This document shows, one piece after another, positions 40,812-52,063 of a stretch of DNA of 64,000 bases. The notes beneath the pieces were generated by a model. It was not told the DNA's origin. It saw nothing but the letters and a program-made list of their open reading frames with translations, and searched no databases. Within the stretch, counting starts at the first letter, position 1, and the number at the start of each line of letters is the position of its first letter. Origin of the DNA: Octopus vulgaris (lineage: Eukaryota); contig OX597832.1 of the NCBI GenBank assembly GCA_951406725.2, positions 65,720,001-65,784,000 of the forward strand. Reading direction: 5' to 3'. A program made the position numbers and the translations under genes.

Positions 40812-42112
40812 CGAGGTAGTATCAAAAAGTTCCCGGACAAGTTCTGTTGCGCGCCAACAGATGGCAGTACATGGGTGAATGCACAGTGGGAGCTAGCAGC
40901 GACCTTCATGAGGCTGAGTGCCGAGTGAGCAGTAATGTGATTACTTCGTAAGTTCTGCAATTTGTCATTTTGTGATCTTGTGTATAAAATAGTCTGCGAT
41001 TTTGTCATATACAGGAAGATGAAATAAAGACCCAACGTGGAATTTTGCGTTTATCTTGGAACATCTTCTACAGAGATATTGAGTATGCTTCGGCAAGCTT
41101 ACGGCACGAGGTAATGAGTCGTATGCAATGAGTAGCACGGGTGCTTCAAAAGTGGAAGAACGTCCCTAGAAGACGACGAGCGATCTGGAAGACCTTCCAC
41201 GTGAGTCACCCACGGAAATGTGGTGAAAAGGCAATAGATGAAGAAGATCGTTGGAGGACAATGAACAACATAGCTCATGTTGGTGTGTCATATGAGTTTG
41301 TGCAAGCAATACTAACATCTGAATTGAACAAGCGTGTCTTTGCCAAGTTGGTCCCTCATCTGTTAACCACTGAGCAGAAAAAAAGAAAACATCACGTAGA
41401 CGTCTGTCAAGCTCTTCGTCGGTGTGCCGCTAATGACGTATTCTTCATTTCGCGGATCATCACTGGTGACGAATGTTGTGTCTACGGGTACGACCCTGAG
41501 AGGAATCTGCAGTCGTCACAATGGAAGTGACCGTCATCTCCACGACCTAAGAAGGCACCAGAAAGCCGCAACTCAATGAAGAGCATGCTCATCATTTTAA
41601 TTTTTCGATATCCGCGGTATTGTGCATCGAGAATTCGTCCCCAGACATTCTATCAATCTAGAGTTTAACGTTTTGAAGCGTTTGAGGGCGGACATTTGTC
41701 GAAAGTGACTAGAACTGTTGAGTGCGAAGAATCGGATTCTTGACGATAATGCATGCTGTCTCCTAGCTCTCCTCACTCGTGCGTTTCTCGCCAAAAACAA
41801 CAGAGAATCGCCTCCACACCCTCCCCATTCGCCAGATTTAGCACCTGCAGACATCGACCTCTTCCCCACGATGAAAAGTTGGCTCAAAGGTCGCTGTTTT
41901 TATACCATTGTGGAGATCAAAAGCCAATCCAAGAATGTCCTCGACTCGCGTAAGGAAAACTCTTAAAGGCCGGATTCCAAAAATGGTAGGAACGCTGGGA
42001 CCGGTATAGTGCTGTGCAAGATAACTGTTTCGAAGGCGACTATACTAAAACTTAGGTAATCAAGTTATTTTCTATTAAACATAACTAGTCCGGGAAAGTT
42101 TTGATACTTGCA
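40812..42112 (+). mobile_element. Degenerate mariner transposon, near full length
   Basis: TIRs GTATCAAAAAGTTCCCGGAC and GTCCGGGAAAGTTTTGATAC. Motifs KLVPHLLT, IITGDE..VYGYDPE and PHSPDLAPAD. Many frameshifts. Confidence 0.9.
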
Positions 42113-42124
42113 CTATTATGTGAA

Positions 42125-42425
42125 CGCGTGTATCTTATTGGTTCGAGCATTGCCCTCACGGTTGTGAGTTCGTTTCCCGGCGGTGCTTTGATTCTTTGAA
42201 CAAGACACACTATTCCACGTTGCTTCAATCCACACGGCTGGCAAAACTGTATCTGCAATTCAAAGGGCCAGCCTTGTTACTTTCTGTGTCAAGCTGAATC
42301 TCCCTAAGATTACGTGCTAGGGGTACGCATTTCTGCGGAGTTCTTGCACGCTAATCTCACGAGCATGATCTTCTGTTAATCGGATTAACTGCAACACTCG
42401 TCTTTGTAGCTGACGGGGTGCCAGT
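42125..42425 (+). mobile_element. SINE family D, degenerate
   Basis: TTCAAAGGGCCAGCCTTGT...GCTGAATCTCCC shared with 25100-25470. Confidence 0.75.
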
Positions 42426-42904
42426 CTATGTAATTTTGGATACTGTATCTTCTCTACAAGAAAGAATAAGATCTATATTGCTGTTTAATTGAATTAAGAT
42501 CTATATTGCTGTTTACATTATATTTCCAGCATCCATTTAATGACACAAATATATGTAAGCGAATTAAAGACGATTGTGTAACAGGTGTTTAATTAATCGA
42601 TTCCCGTCTTATTAAAAAAAAGCAAATCAATGTCAACATATCTCGAAATAGGAGCTTAAGTGCTTTCAATTTTGCTGAACCAATTTCCATCCACAGCTTT
42701 CTACATAATGGCTCAGTGAGGTGAGGAAGACGCAATCTATATTATTTTGTAAGATCTCGTACGAAATTAATCCTCTGGTCGAATGTTTGCAATAGTTTTT
42801 TTTATCGTTTTAATTGTTCCTGTAATTGCACTGTGGCCGAGCTGGGGTATCACCTATATTGTTGTAGTTGAATCATACGAATACAGTACATAAAAAATAT
42901 GGTT

Positions 42905-43205
42905 GGCATTTATATTTTCGTTCTGTTTTATGGAATCACTAAGTTAGAGGGACATAAACATACCAACACTGATTAGCAAGTTATGGTGGTGGAACAATCA
43001 CAAATTCAAAGAGTCACACACACGTAATCACAGATTTACATATATTATAGTTTTGGACTTAGGTTCCGTTTCCGTCAACCAAATTCATTCTCAAGGGACA
43101 AGAGCGCCGGGGTCATAATAAACGACACTCAAGTGCTACGCTGGGGAACTAACCCGGAAATCACTTGTTTGCAAAGTGAGCTTTTCACGCACACAGCCTG
43201 TGCCT
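42905..43205. mobile_element. Degenerate SINE B + SINE A pair
   Basis: CTAAGTT..GGGACATAAACA..CCA and CCGTTTCCGTC.ACCAAAT motifs. Confidence 0.55.
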
Positions 43206-45246
43206 AGAATTGATTTTACTAAAGGCATGCAACAACCAGAGAATGATGTTGGAATGAACAATAGTCAATGGTCTATTTCTGGAATGTCCATCTAATTCAG
43301 GTGTCCTGAAAATATAGCAAACACACATGCCTATATGCTGCGTTGTGGGAAAGGTCACAAAGCGAACTACTTAACAACAGGGTCATCTAATCTGTACCAA
43401 ATTCTTGTTTTCTGTTATGTGAACATCGATAATAAAATCTAGTAAATGAAATACAATTCTCTGACGTATCGGTTTTTTTGTTGTGCTTTTGGTAACATAA
43501 ATCTAAATAATCTGGCTTAAAATTAGAATTAAATTCACCTAACCGTTTTGTATTCCTTTCTGTGTAACTGTTGCTAAATGACGCACCATGTGCCACTCCA
43601 ACCCATAATGCATCAATTACAGGAAGAAGATCATCAATATTCAGGAATATGGATTGAAATGATTTAGCATTTACATTATCGGAATTCATTTTAGTTCTAA
43701 TAAAGTAATCATCGCAGCAAGCTACCTGATCAATTCTCTTGTTCTTTTCCTTCTTATTTCTTTGTATTGCTTCCTTGCAAAAATCCTGACATTGCAGAAA
43801 GATTTTGTTAAATTAAAGAACTATTATGATGTTTCCTTCTTTCGCTCTTCACGCAACTCAGTTTGAGTTATGTCAGTTGTAATTTCCCCTTATTTTTCTC
43901 TCTTCAATACAAACTCAACAAGACTTTTCGGTCTGTTAATCGATTTGATGGAGGATAATTTAGCGCACCATGTGGTACAATTAGAGCTTCATTGTACAAT
44001 TAATGGGAAGATTTTTTTTCTCTCTACTCTTATATGTTTCTATTTCCATCGCTGCATTGATATTAGCAAGACTGTTAAGTTAGATTTTTTTCTGACCAAT
44101 AATCGGCTGTAATTGTTTGAAATTCTAGTCATTCATTTTAATTTTTATTTATTTTTTCTTAAGGGGATTTCACATATTGATACGAAATACTATTCTTACA
44201 GAGTCTGTAGGATATCATTCAGGCTATCAACCATTGCAATATGCTGTGGTTCTGGATTAGATAATTTTTATTTTAGATTCATATGTCGCATTTATAAATA
44301 AATGCAATATGTAAGCAGAGAAATTACGGGGCGCTAAGGACTTAGTTCCTATGACCCAGATAATCTCGGACAAAAAACAAAAACTTTAATACAAAACATA
44401 CCAGTCATAAGCATATCTATGCATGACTATCCCTACGATGCATTCTGCTTAAAAAGATACCAAAAACACGTCAAATAGGACTATAGTGCAAACTCTGTGA
44501 CAACGGTTGAGTTCCACGCGTTCCCAGAGTTAAATATATCATACATACGGAAGTATATTATACGCTTAAGGGATCACAAGTAAAGTTAGACAAATAGAAT
44601 TATTTTCTGAAGTCATTACTAAAGAAAATATCACTATATGTGTGTGCGCGTATATTTTCAAGTTAAGTAACCACAGATGTGAGTTGAAATCTGTGGTGCG
44701 ACAGCTCGGAAATTCAAAGCGACTATGTAAACGTCATTCAGTTAAGGTATACTCGGTCTCATGATTAACTACGTTGAATACCCCCGTCGAGTAATTATTT
44801 CGTCAGCCCATTGGCTGGCTGAGAAACGTATGTAGCCTACATTTTTTCCCGTTCTGCTTCGTCAATTTGAATTTGAATTCGCGTTTGTAGCGAATCTAGT
44901 CGCTAAACGTGAGCAATACAGGAACGTTCAGATTATCCAATTTCCTCATAACTTCGATATGGGAAAACCTTTGAATCCAATAAAGGTTATTGCTCCCGAT
45001 CGTACCCTGTACACCTTTTGTTTTCTATACCTCCCACACGGACTGCTTGCTGCTTACAAATCTCCTATATTTGGATCCCTGTATCTTACCCATATGTATG
45101 CGTGTGTGTTTGTGTGTTTGTGTATCTGCATGTGTATGCGGATGTGTGTGTGTGTGTGTGCGTGTAAGTATATCTACTAAAATAAATCGACGCGCGCACA
45201 CACACATACATACACACATTTCACGCACACATACACACATACATAT

Positions 45247-45670
45247 ATAAAGGTGAGATTCAAAGATCGAGGTGCAGGGAAAAAGGGAGCTTCAAGCAAT
45301 CCGTATCTTATTTTTTTTAAATCAGTAACCATAGTGGTTTGTTGGTGCGGAAGGTTGTAGATTTTTCCCGCATCGAAGTACAATAATCTCTAAAAAAAAT
45401 CTATGAGTAAAAGAATGGAGTAAATAAATTTCAGGTTACGTATGTTTCACGGTAAGCGAACCCTCGGAAGTAGTAAATATCCAAACATGGTGTATACCGC
45501 AGGTTATTCTTCAGGCCAACGGTATCTTGATTCTCTGAAGTTTACTTTGTCGTTCGCTTGAATGGTAGCAAGCTGTATACACATTGATTTGATATTTACT
45601 ATTTCCGAGGTTCCGCTCGCTATCAAACGTATGTAGTCTGTTTTTCATCTACTCAATTCCTAAACTTTTG
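45247..45670 (-). mobile_element. Fold-back element 6, older and diverged (arms about 45405-45525 / 45548-45670)
   Basis: CCTCGGAAGTAGTAAATATC pairs with GATATTTACTATTTCCGAGG; weaker pairing extends both ways. Abuts (TA)n at 45670. Confidence 0.8.
45434..45517 (-). ncRNA. Type I hammerhead-ribozyme-like motif
   Basis: Minus strand: GGC-CUGAAGA-[...GCGGUA...UACCGU]-GAAAC-AUAC-GUA-ACC. Canonical core and near-palindromic stem III; stems I and II are imperfect. Confidence 0.55.
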
Positions 45671-45844
45671 TATATATATATGAATGGACAAAAGAACGGA
45701 AGAAGGTGGTATTCAACGCCTTTAGCATAAGTTACATACATTATTGTCTTAAGCAATTTGAACCGATTCCCATGATGATTTCAGTTTCCTAGGCAACCTG
45801 CAGAAACCTGCACGGGGGCGAATAAAACTGTTTTAAATAATAAG

Positions 45845-46035
45845 AATTTCAAATATTGCCGCAAGGACATTAATTTTGTGAGAGGGGTAAATCGGCTAAA
45901 TCCGCCCTAGTGACCAACTGGTACTTAATTTATCGACCCAGAAAGGATGAAAGGCAAAGTTGACTTCGACTGAATTTGAACTCAGAAAGTAAAGACGGAC
46001 GAAATGCTGCTGTGAATTTTGACAGGCTCCCTACT
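45845..46035 (-). mobile_element. SINE family C
   Basis: CAACTGGTACTTAATTTATCGACCCAGAAAGGATGAAAGGCAAAGTTGAC...GAATTTGAACTCAGAA. Confidence 0.85.
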
Positions 46036-46057
46036 GTTTTAAATAATAATATATAAA

Positions 46058-46215
46058 CGCAAGCGTGGCTGTGTGGTAAAAAAGTATGTTTCGTACCCGC
46101 ATGAACCCGAGTTCAATCCCACTGCGTTTTTTGTTGGGCAAATGTCTTCTAATATAGTTGCGGGCCGACTAAAGACTTATGAGTGTATTTGGTAGATCGA
46201 AACTGAATGAATCTC
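46058..46215 (+). mobile_element. SINE family A
   Basis: GTGGCTGTGTGGTAA...GAGTTCAATCCCACTGCG...TTGGGCAAATGTCTTCT. Confidence 0.8.
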
Positions 46216-46220
46216 AAATG

Positions 46221-46251
<31 letters not shown>

Positions 46252-46443
46252 GTAACTGAGATGCAGTTGAATTTGGTACTTCAGCTGAAATCAAACTCCT
46301 TCTTAGCTACAATAGCGACAGCATGAATTTCTTCCATCTTGCTTATTTTTCTTACTTTTTTTTATTTTATCTAGTTTCAGCTCATGAGCTGTGGCCATGC
46401 TGGGGCACCGCCATTAAATATTTTGTGAAAAAAATTGTCAGCA

Positions 46444-46515
46444 GCCAGCCATGAGACGCGAACTCATATCCCTGTGATTATTGGTCAAGTACTTTACCAA
46501 TTAAGCTAAACTGCC
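46444..46515 (-). other. tRNA-like sequence (Ile-AAT-like pseudogene or SINE head)
   Basis: GGCAGTTTAGCTTAATTGGTAAAGTAC...CAATAA...GAGTTCGCGTCTCATGGCTGGC has A and B boxes and a partial cloverleaf with mismatches. Confidence 0.6.
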
Positions 46516-46519
46516 CACT

Positions 46520-47224
46520 GACTGTTAAAATATTTGAGAAAAATTGTATTGATGTGCCCTACTTGTTAAAATACTAATTATTTATTTGTGCAGCTGAAGA
46601 TGGCACTGCTTTTAAATTGATGTCATGACTGCAATGTTCAATTAAAGGAGGCCACTTGAAACGGTCATACTGAATCATTATTTGGTATCCTGTTGCTTAT
46701 TTTGATTTGATATACATAGCCCCGAATTTAAGAACCTATGACTAAATATAAGACCATGGATTTAACAAACTCTCTTCTCTTCTATTCTCATACTGATACA
46801 TTGAATTATGGACCTCACTAAAATGTGAGACTGTTGAATTAACGAAAATTTTCCCTTATTCCTTTCCTTTCCTTCTATTTTTCTTTCTGTATTTCCTTAT
46901 ATTTATCTTTGCCATACACTCATTCTGAAGATGTTTATCAATTGTAACCAGGTAAATGCAAATTTACCCCATTCTGATAAATAGCTGTAAACATACTCTC
47001 ATCTTAATTAAATAATGACTTCAAAACACCAATGATCCACTTCTCATTGTTAATTATTGCTCCATTTCTTATCATCTTTATATATATTAAACCCGGGTTT
47101 TACCTTTTAAGTTACCTACTACCGTATACCTTTTAACAAGGACCATACGTACTGAGGTAATACCAGAAGTGCCTATGGATACATCTATCCCTTAGAGAGT
47201 TACATTACCTCTAACTTATATCTT

Positions 47225-47230
<6 letters not shown>
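46520..47230 (+). mobile_element. PLE pseudo-LTR/retrozyme-like segment with two degenerate hammerhead-like motifs, ending CCAA(TA)n
   Basis: CTGAAGA + long hairpin + GAAACGGTC at 46594-46666; CTGAAGA + hairpin + GTAAAC at 46925-46992. Confidence 0.45.
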
Positions 47231-47280
<50 letters not shown>

Positions 47281-50059
47281 AGATTATATTAATTTCTACC
47301 CTTATTTAATTATAATTTATACGCACACACACATGCACACACACACACAGAGGCTAGGCTTTAAAAGGGCACATTTATATATATACACACATATATAGAT
47401 ATGCACATACACGAACACATACACATGCTCTGACAACGGTCGGTGGAAGGATATCTTCTTCATGTCTTAATTTTTTTCTGTGTAAAATAGTACCAGCAGC
47501 TTGCATGTCCATGTTGACCGGTTACATAATTGAGTGATGATTTGCCTTCATTAACACTGACCATGTTCGAAGCACTTTGGCTCTCCTGAGGTATTCCATC
47601 CTTCTATAGCCCTTGCTTTTTATCCTACAAATTGTCTGCATTGCACCCTCCTTAAGAAGCAAGTTTGTTAGGGTCTTCAATTTTGTCCGCGATGACTGAT
47701 CGTGCAACCAGTAATTTGTAATCAACTTCAACATTTTTATCTCGTTTTTCTTTACGATTTAAAAAATAAACCAAGTAATATATCTGTCATCCAAAATAGC
47801 TGTCTTGAATTTATGTTAATTTTATTCTAATATTTCGACGGGAGTTAATATAATTTGTTTGTTTTGTTGCTCCGGTTGCGGTAAAGTAAAATTCGATTAG
47901 ATCTAATTTCATATTTTTCTATGATTGTATGAGCAGATAAAGAAATAATTACCAAATATTTGCCTTCGTAGATGTTTATTAGTTTCGTACTATGTCAGGT
48001 AATCCTGTTATTCAAGGAATTTAATATTTAATTTTCATATTAATCTTTTTTATCCTTCCTTCCCAAGTTTCTGGTGTCTTCGTACAGTTGTGATAATCCT
48101 CTTATAACATCGATGCACCACTGATTCTGTACATCTTAAGAGCATAATTTTATTGATAAAAACTAGCGTAAACGTCCATCCTTCCATCTTCTCCGACCAA
48201 TGTTCCAAGGAGTGTCATGTGGGTAGAGTCTTCAGGCATTTTCTCCAAATGGTCCTATCAAACTATGAATTTATTATCTAACTATCTCTTTCTTGGTTTA
48301 CCCCTAGGTATCCTTCCAGTTGGTTAGGCTACAAAATAATCATATCAATACTTATTTCTTCGTAAATATAACCTACTTCCATATTTACTTATTTTGCAAA
48401 TATTAAGGCATCAATATTTTAGTGTGGAAAAAAACTGAAACCTCATAAGATTTCTCTATATTAATTCTGCAAAAGTTTCAGTCTTCTTTTTTATCCTCAG
48501 TATTTATGTTACTTATATTTCATCTCATTAAATAAAAACTGTCCTTATTGATAATGTATTAAATATTAAATGTGGCCCTCAAGTGTAATACCGAAAATAT
48601 GATTAATATATGATATATACGAGCGCAGGCATGGCTGCATTGTGAGTGAATATGGTTGTCATGCATACAGCGTGAAAGCTCGTCGTATGTAATATACACA
48701 CACACGCACACAAACATGTGTATGAATGTATATTAGGTATATGCGTGTGTAAAGTTTTGTTCTTGCCTTTGTTACACGACCACTTGGTGAAAGATGTATT
48801 AACATTCCAATAGGAAAGTGCTTCAGTAAGGAGAAGGAGATAATAAGTATCAGTTTTAGAACGAAACACTGTCGTCTATTTATTCGACGAATGTAGCATG
48901 GCCGCAGACCATTGACTGAAACTCATCAAAGAATTATAAAACCATTGCTACGTAATGGTTTGTTTCCTGCAAAGCGATTTCTCGTTATTGATTAATGACT
49001 TAGTCAAGTGTAGAAGGGTAGCAACTGTGAAATATTTTAGATGAGAGGAAAAGACAACGTTTCTCTTCAAACGAGCAACTAGAAGAATCATCCGGGCATT
49101 GACTAAAATGCCTCACCATATGTGTTCAGAATCTCTACCCATTGAGTTCAATCCAGAGCAATCCATTGACTTCAATATTTCTCTCGTGGATGTTGGGTGT
49201 CTAATACATTTGTAATGAGGAAAAGAATAAAGTAAATACAAGATTGTGTGTTGTTTTTTAAACAATATTAGAGTAAACTTCACTGTTTGCTGTTTTTTAA
49301 GGAATAATACACATTCGATTACATTGGAGTCACGACAGAGCATTACTTAAACTCATCATGACTGGTTGGTATTTATTTTCCAAGATTCAAATCGGGAGAG
49401 AATTTTATCTGAAACCACATGCATTTCATGGCGATCTATGTCGGCCCATCTCATTCAAATTGTTTCCCTTTCTCTCTCTCACTCACTCTCTCTATCTCTC
49501 GCTCTCTCTTACTCCTGCCGGTCTGTAATCTCTATGTCCGGTGTTGGTGAAGGATGTGCTCCACCCGATCTACAGATGCGGTGTACATCATAGCGTTGCG
49601 CTTCTTATTTCTATCCTGGAGTTGTTCACTAAGAGAGGAATAAAGTGGTTTTATAGAAGCACATACACACACACCCGCGCGCGCGCACATACACATACAC
49701 CCATTACACGCTCAGATGCACACACACACACAAGCACACGCTCACACACACATATTATGTATGTTCACGTGCATATGTGTATGTGTGTCCGAGTTATTAA
49801 ATCGTATGATAAATAACTATATTAGATATTGAGAAACTATACGATATTTTCTTTGGAAGCCGATATCTGTTTTCGTTGGATAATTTCTAACCAGAAAGGA
49901 ATGTTGTAAGGCAATTTACATTTTCCTTTAAACTACATCCAACACCTGCCTTTGACATTAGAACGTTCTTTCAATTCTGGAAACTTCACAAACATTCAGA
50001 CACTCCGAGACAATCTTTGTTTCCATATGTCACTTATTTCATCCATCAGTATACATGCC

Positions 50060-50377
50060 TAACTACCTACCCACCTACCTATCCATCTGCCTACCTACGT
50101 AGCTATCTACCTCCCTACTTACCTACCTACCTACCTACCTACCTACGTACCTACGTACCTACCTACCTCCCTACCTACCTACCTACCTACCAACCTACCT
50201 ACCTACCTACTTACCTGCCTACCTACCTACCTACCTACCTACCTAACCTACCTAACTACCTACCTACCTACCTACCTACCTACTTGCTTACCTGCCTAAC
50301 TACCTACCTACCTACCTACCTACCTACCCAACTAACTAATTATCTAACTACCTGCATAAACTACCTACATAACTATC

Positions 50378-50409
<32 letters not shown>

Positions 50410-50535
50410 GTCTGTCTGTCTGTTTGTATGTCTGTCTGTCTGTCTGTCTACCTGCCTGTATATCTGTTTGTCTGTCTCTCTATCTATCAATTTTCTATCT
50501 GTCTTTATGTCTCTCCGTCTGTCTCTGTCTTTCTT

Positions 50536-50580
<45 letters not shown>

Positions 50581-50630
50581 ACCTACCTTCCCTCGTATTT
50601 ACCTTTCTATCTATCTATCTATATATCTAA

Positions 50631-50697
<67 letters not shown>
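50060..50697. repeat. (CTAC)n/(CTGT)n/(CT)n/(CTAT)n compound microsatellite
   Basis: Direct reading. Confidence 0.95.
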
Positions 50698-51967
50698 CGA
50701 GGGACGTTCAATAAGTAATGTCCCTGATCCACTTGCTGTTGGTTGATCTAGCTGAAATTTTGCACCTGCAATTATTTATATCTCTATAGATTAAGTGGTA
50801 AAGTACGGCTCTGAACTAAGCGTGGTTTCTGATTTACAGGTGTTTGAACTGAGTCAAGTGTGAAATGGAGCCTGTTGAGTGTCGAGCAGTGATCCGGGTT
50901 TTGTATTTGAAAGGACGCTCACCACGGGATACTTTTAATGAAATAAAAGTAACTTATGGTGATGATGCCCCATCATATGACTTTGTAAAACGCTGGCATC
51001 GTGAATTGAAACATGGTTGGAACTCTGTGGAAACAGCTCCCAGATCTGGTTGTCCCCCTTCTGCCATTGATGAGGCATCTCTCCGTTAAGTTGCGGCTGC
51101 CATTTTGGAAGATCGACGCATAACTATTCGCCAAATAGCCCATAAGCTCAAGACCGGGTCTGTGGAAACTATCATTCATGATCATTTTCATATGCAAAAG
51201 GATGGATTTCCAGGTTGCTCACACCTTTCCAGAAGCAAGAACGCGTCGTGTGCTCGAGGATGAATTTGAAGATATGCCAAGAATATGAGTCAAAATTTTT
51301 CAAAAGACTGATTACACAGGATGAAACCTGGGTCCATCACTATGATCCAGAGACCAAAGCTCAGTCAATGCAGTGGAAGCATCGTGACTCACCTCCTCCA
51401 AAGAAGGCAAGGGTGAAGCCCTCCGCTGGCAAGGTCATACTCACAGTCTTCTGGGACCAGGACGGAGTAGTGATGACAGATTTCCTGGCAAAGGGTACCA
51501 CAATTACAGGAGCCTATTATGCTTCACTTCTGAGGAAATTAAGAGATGTTATCAAAATCAAGAGGTGGGGTAAGATCAGCAAAGGCATCCTCCTCCTGCA
51601 GGACAACGCTCCGGTCCACAACTCGCGTGTGCTAGATCAGAAGCACAGGCGTGCGGCTATGAACTCCTCCCCCATCCCCCTACTCTCCTGGCCTTGTACC
51701 CTCTGATTTTCACCTCTTCCCAGCCATGAAGTTGTTTTTGGAAAGCGTTTCCCAGATGATGCAGCCTTGATTTCTGAAGTCAAGTCGTGGTTGGAGGACC
51801 AAGCTCGGGTCTTCTACAAAAACAGTCTTCAGAGCTGCATCAAACGATGGGAGAATGCGTAACTCTGGGTGGTTCCTATGTGGAAAAAGACTAATAACTG
51901 TGCCAAGTTTCGTTGCTCTGCTGCTATGGGAAGTGGGTCCGGGGCATTACTTATTGAACGTTCCTCG
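50698..51967 (+). mobile_element. Full-length mariner transposon with disrupted transposase
   Basis: About 37-bp TIRs (CGAGGGACGTTCAATAAGTAATG... / ...CATTACTTATTGAACGTTCCTCG) and a TA TSD at 50696-50697 and 51968-51969. ORF pieces MEPVECRAVI..., LITQDETWVHHYDPE and LLQDNAPVH; one stop plus frameshifts. Confidence 0.95.

Positions 51968-52063
<96 letters not shown>

Noticed and set aside
43380-44300. Possible ancient L1-like relic on the minus strand
   Set aside because: No diagnostic motif could be read with confidence.
46444-46515. Functional tRNA-Ile gene
   Set aside because: Mismatched acceptor and anticodon stems and an altered T-loop; kept only as tRNA-like.
48170-48330. RTE-like peptides (HLEKMPED, GRIPRGKPRKR) on the minus strand
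   Set aside because: Short and in non-colinear order; too weak to call.
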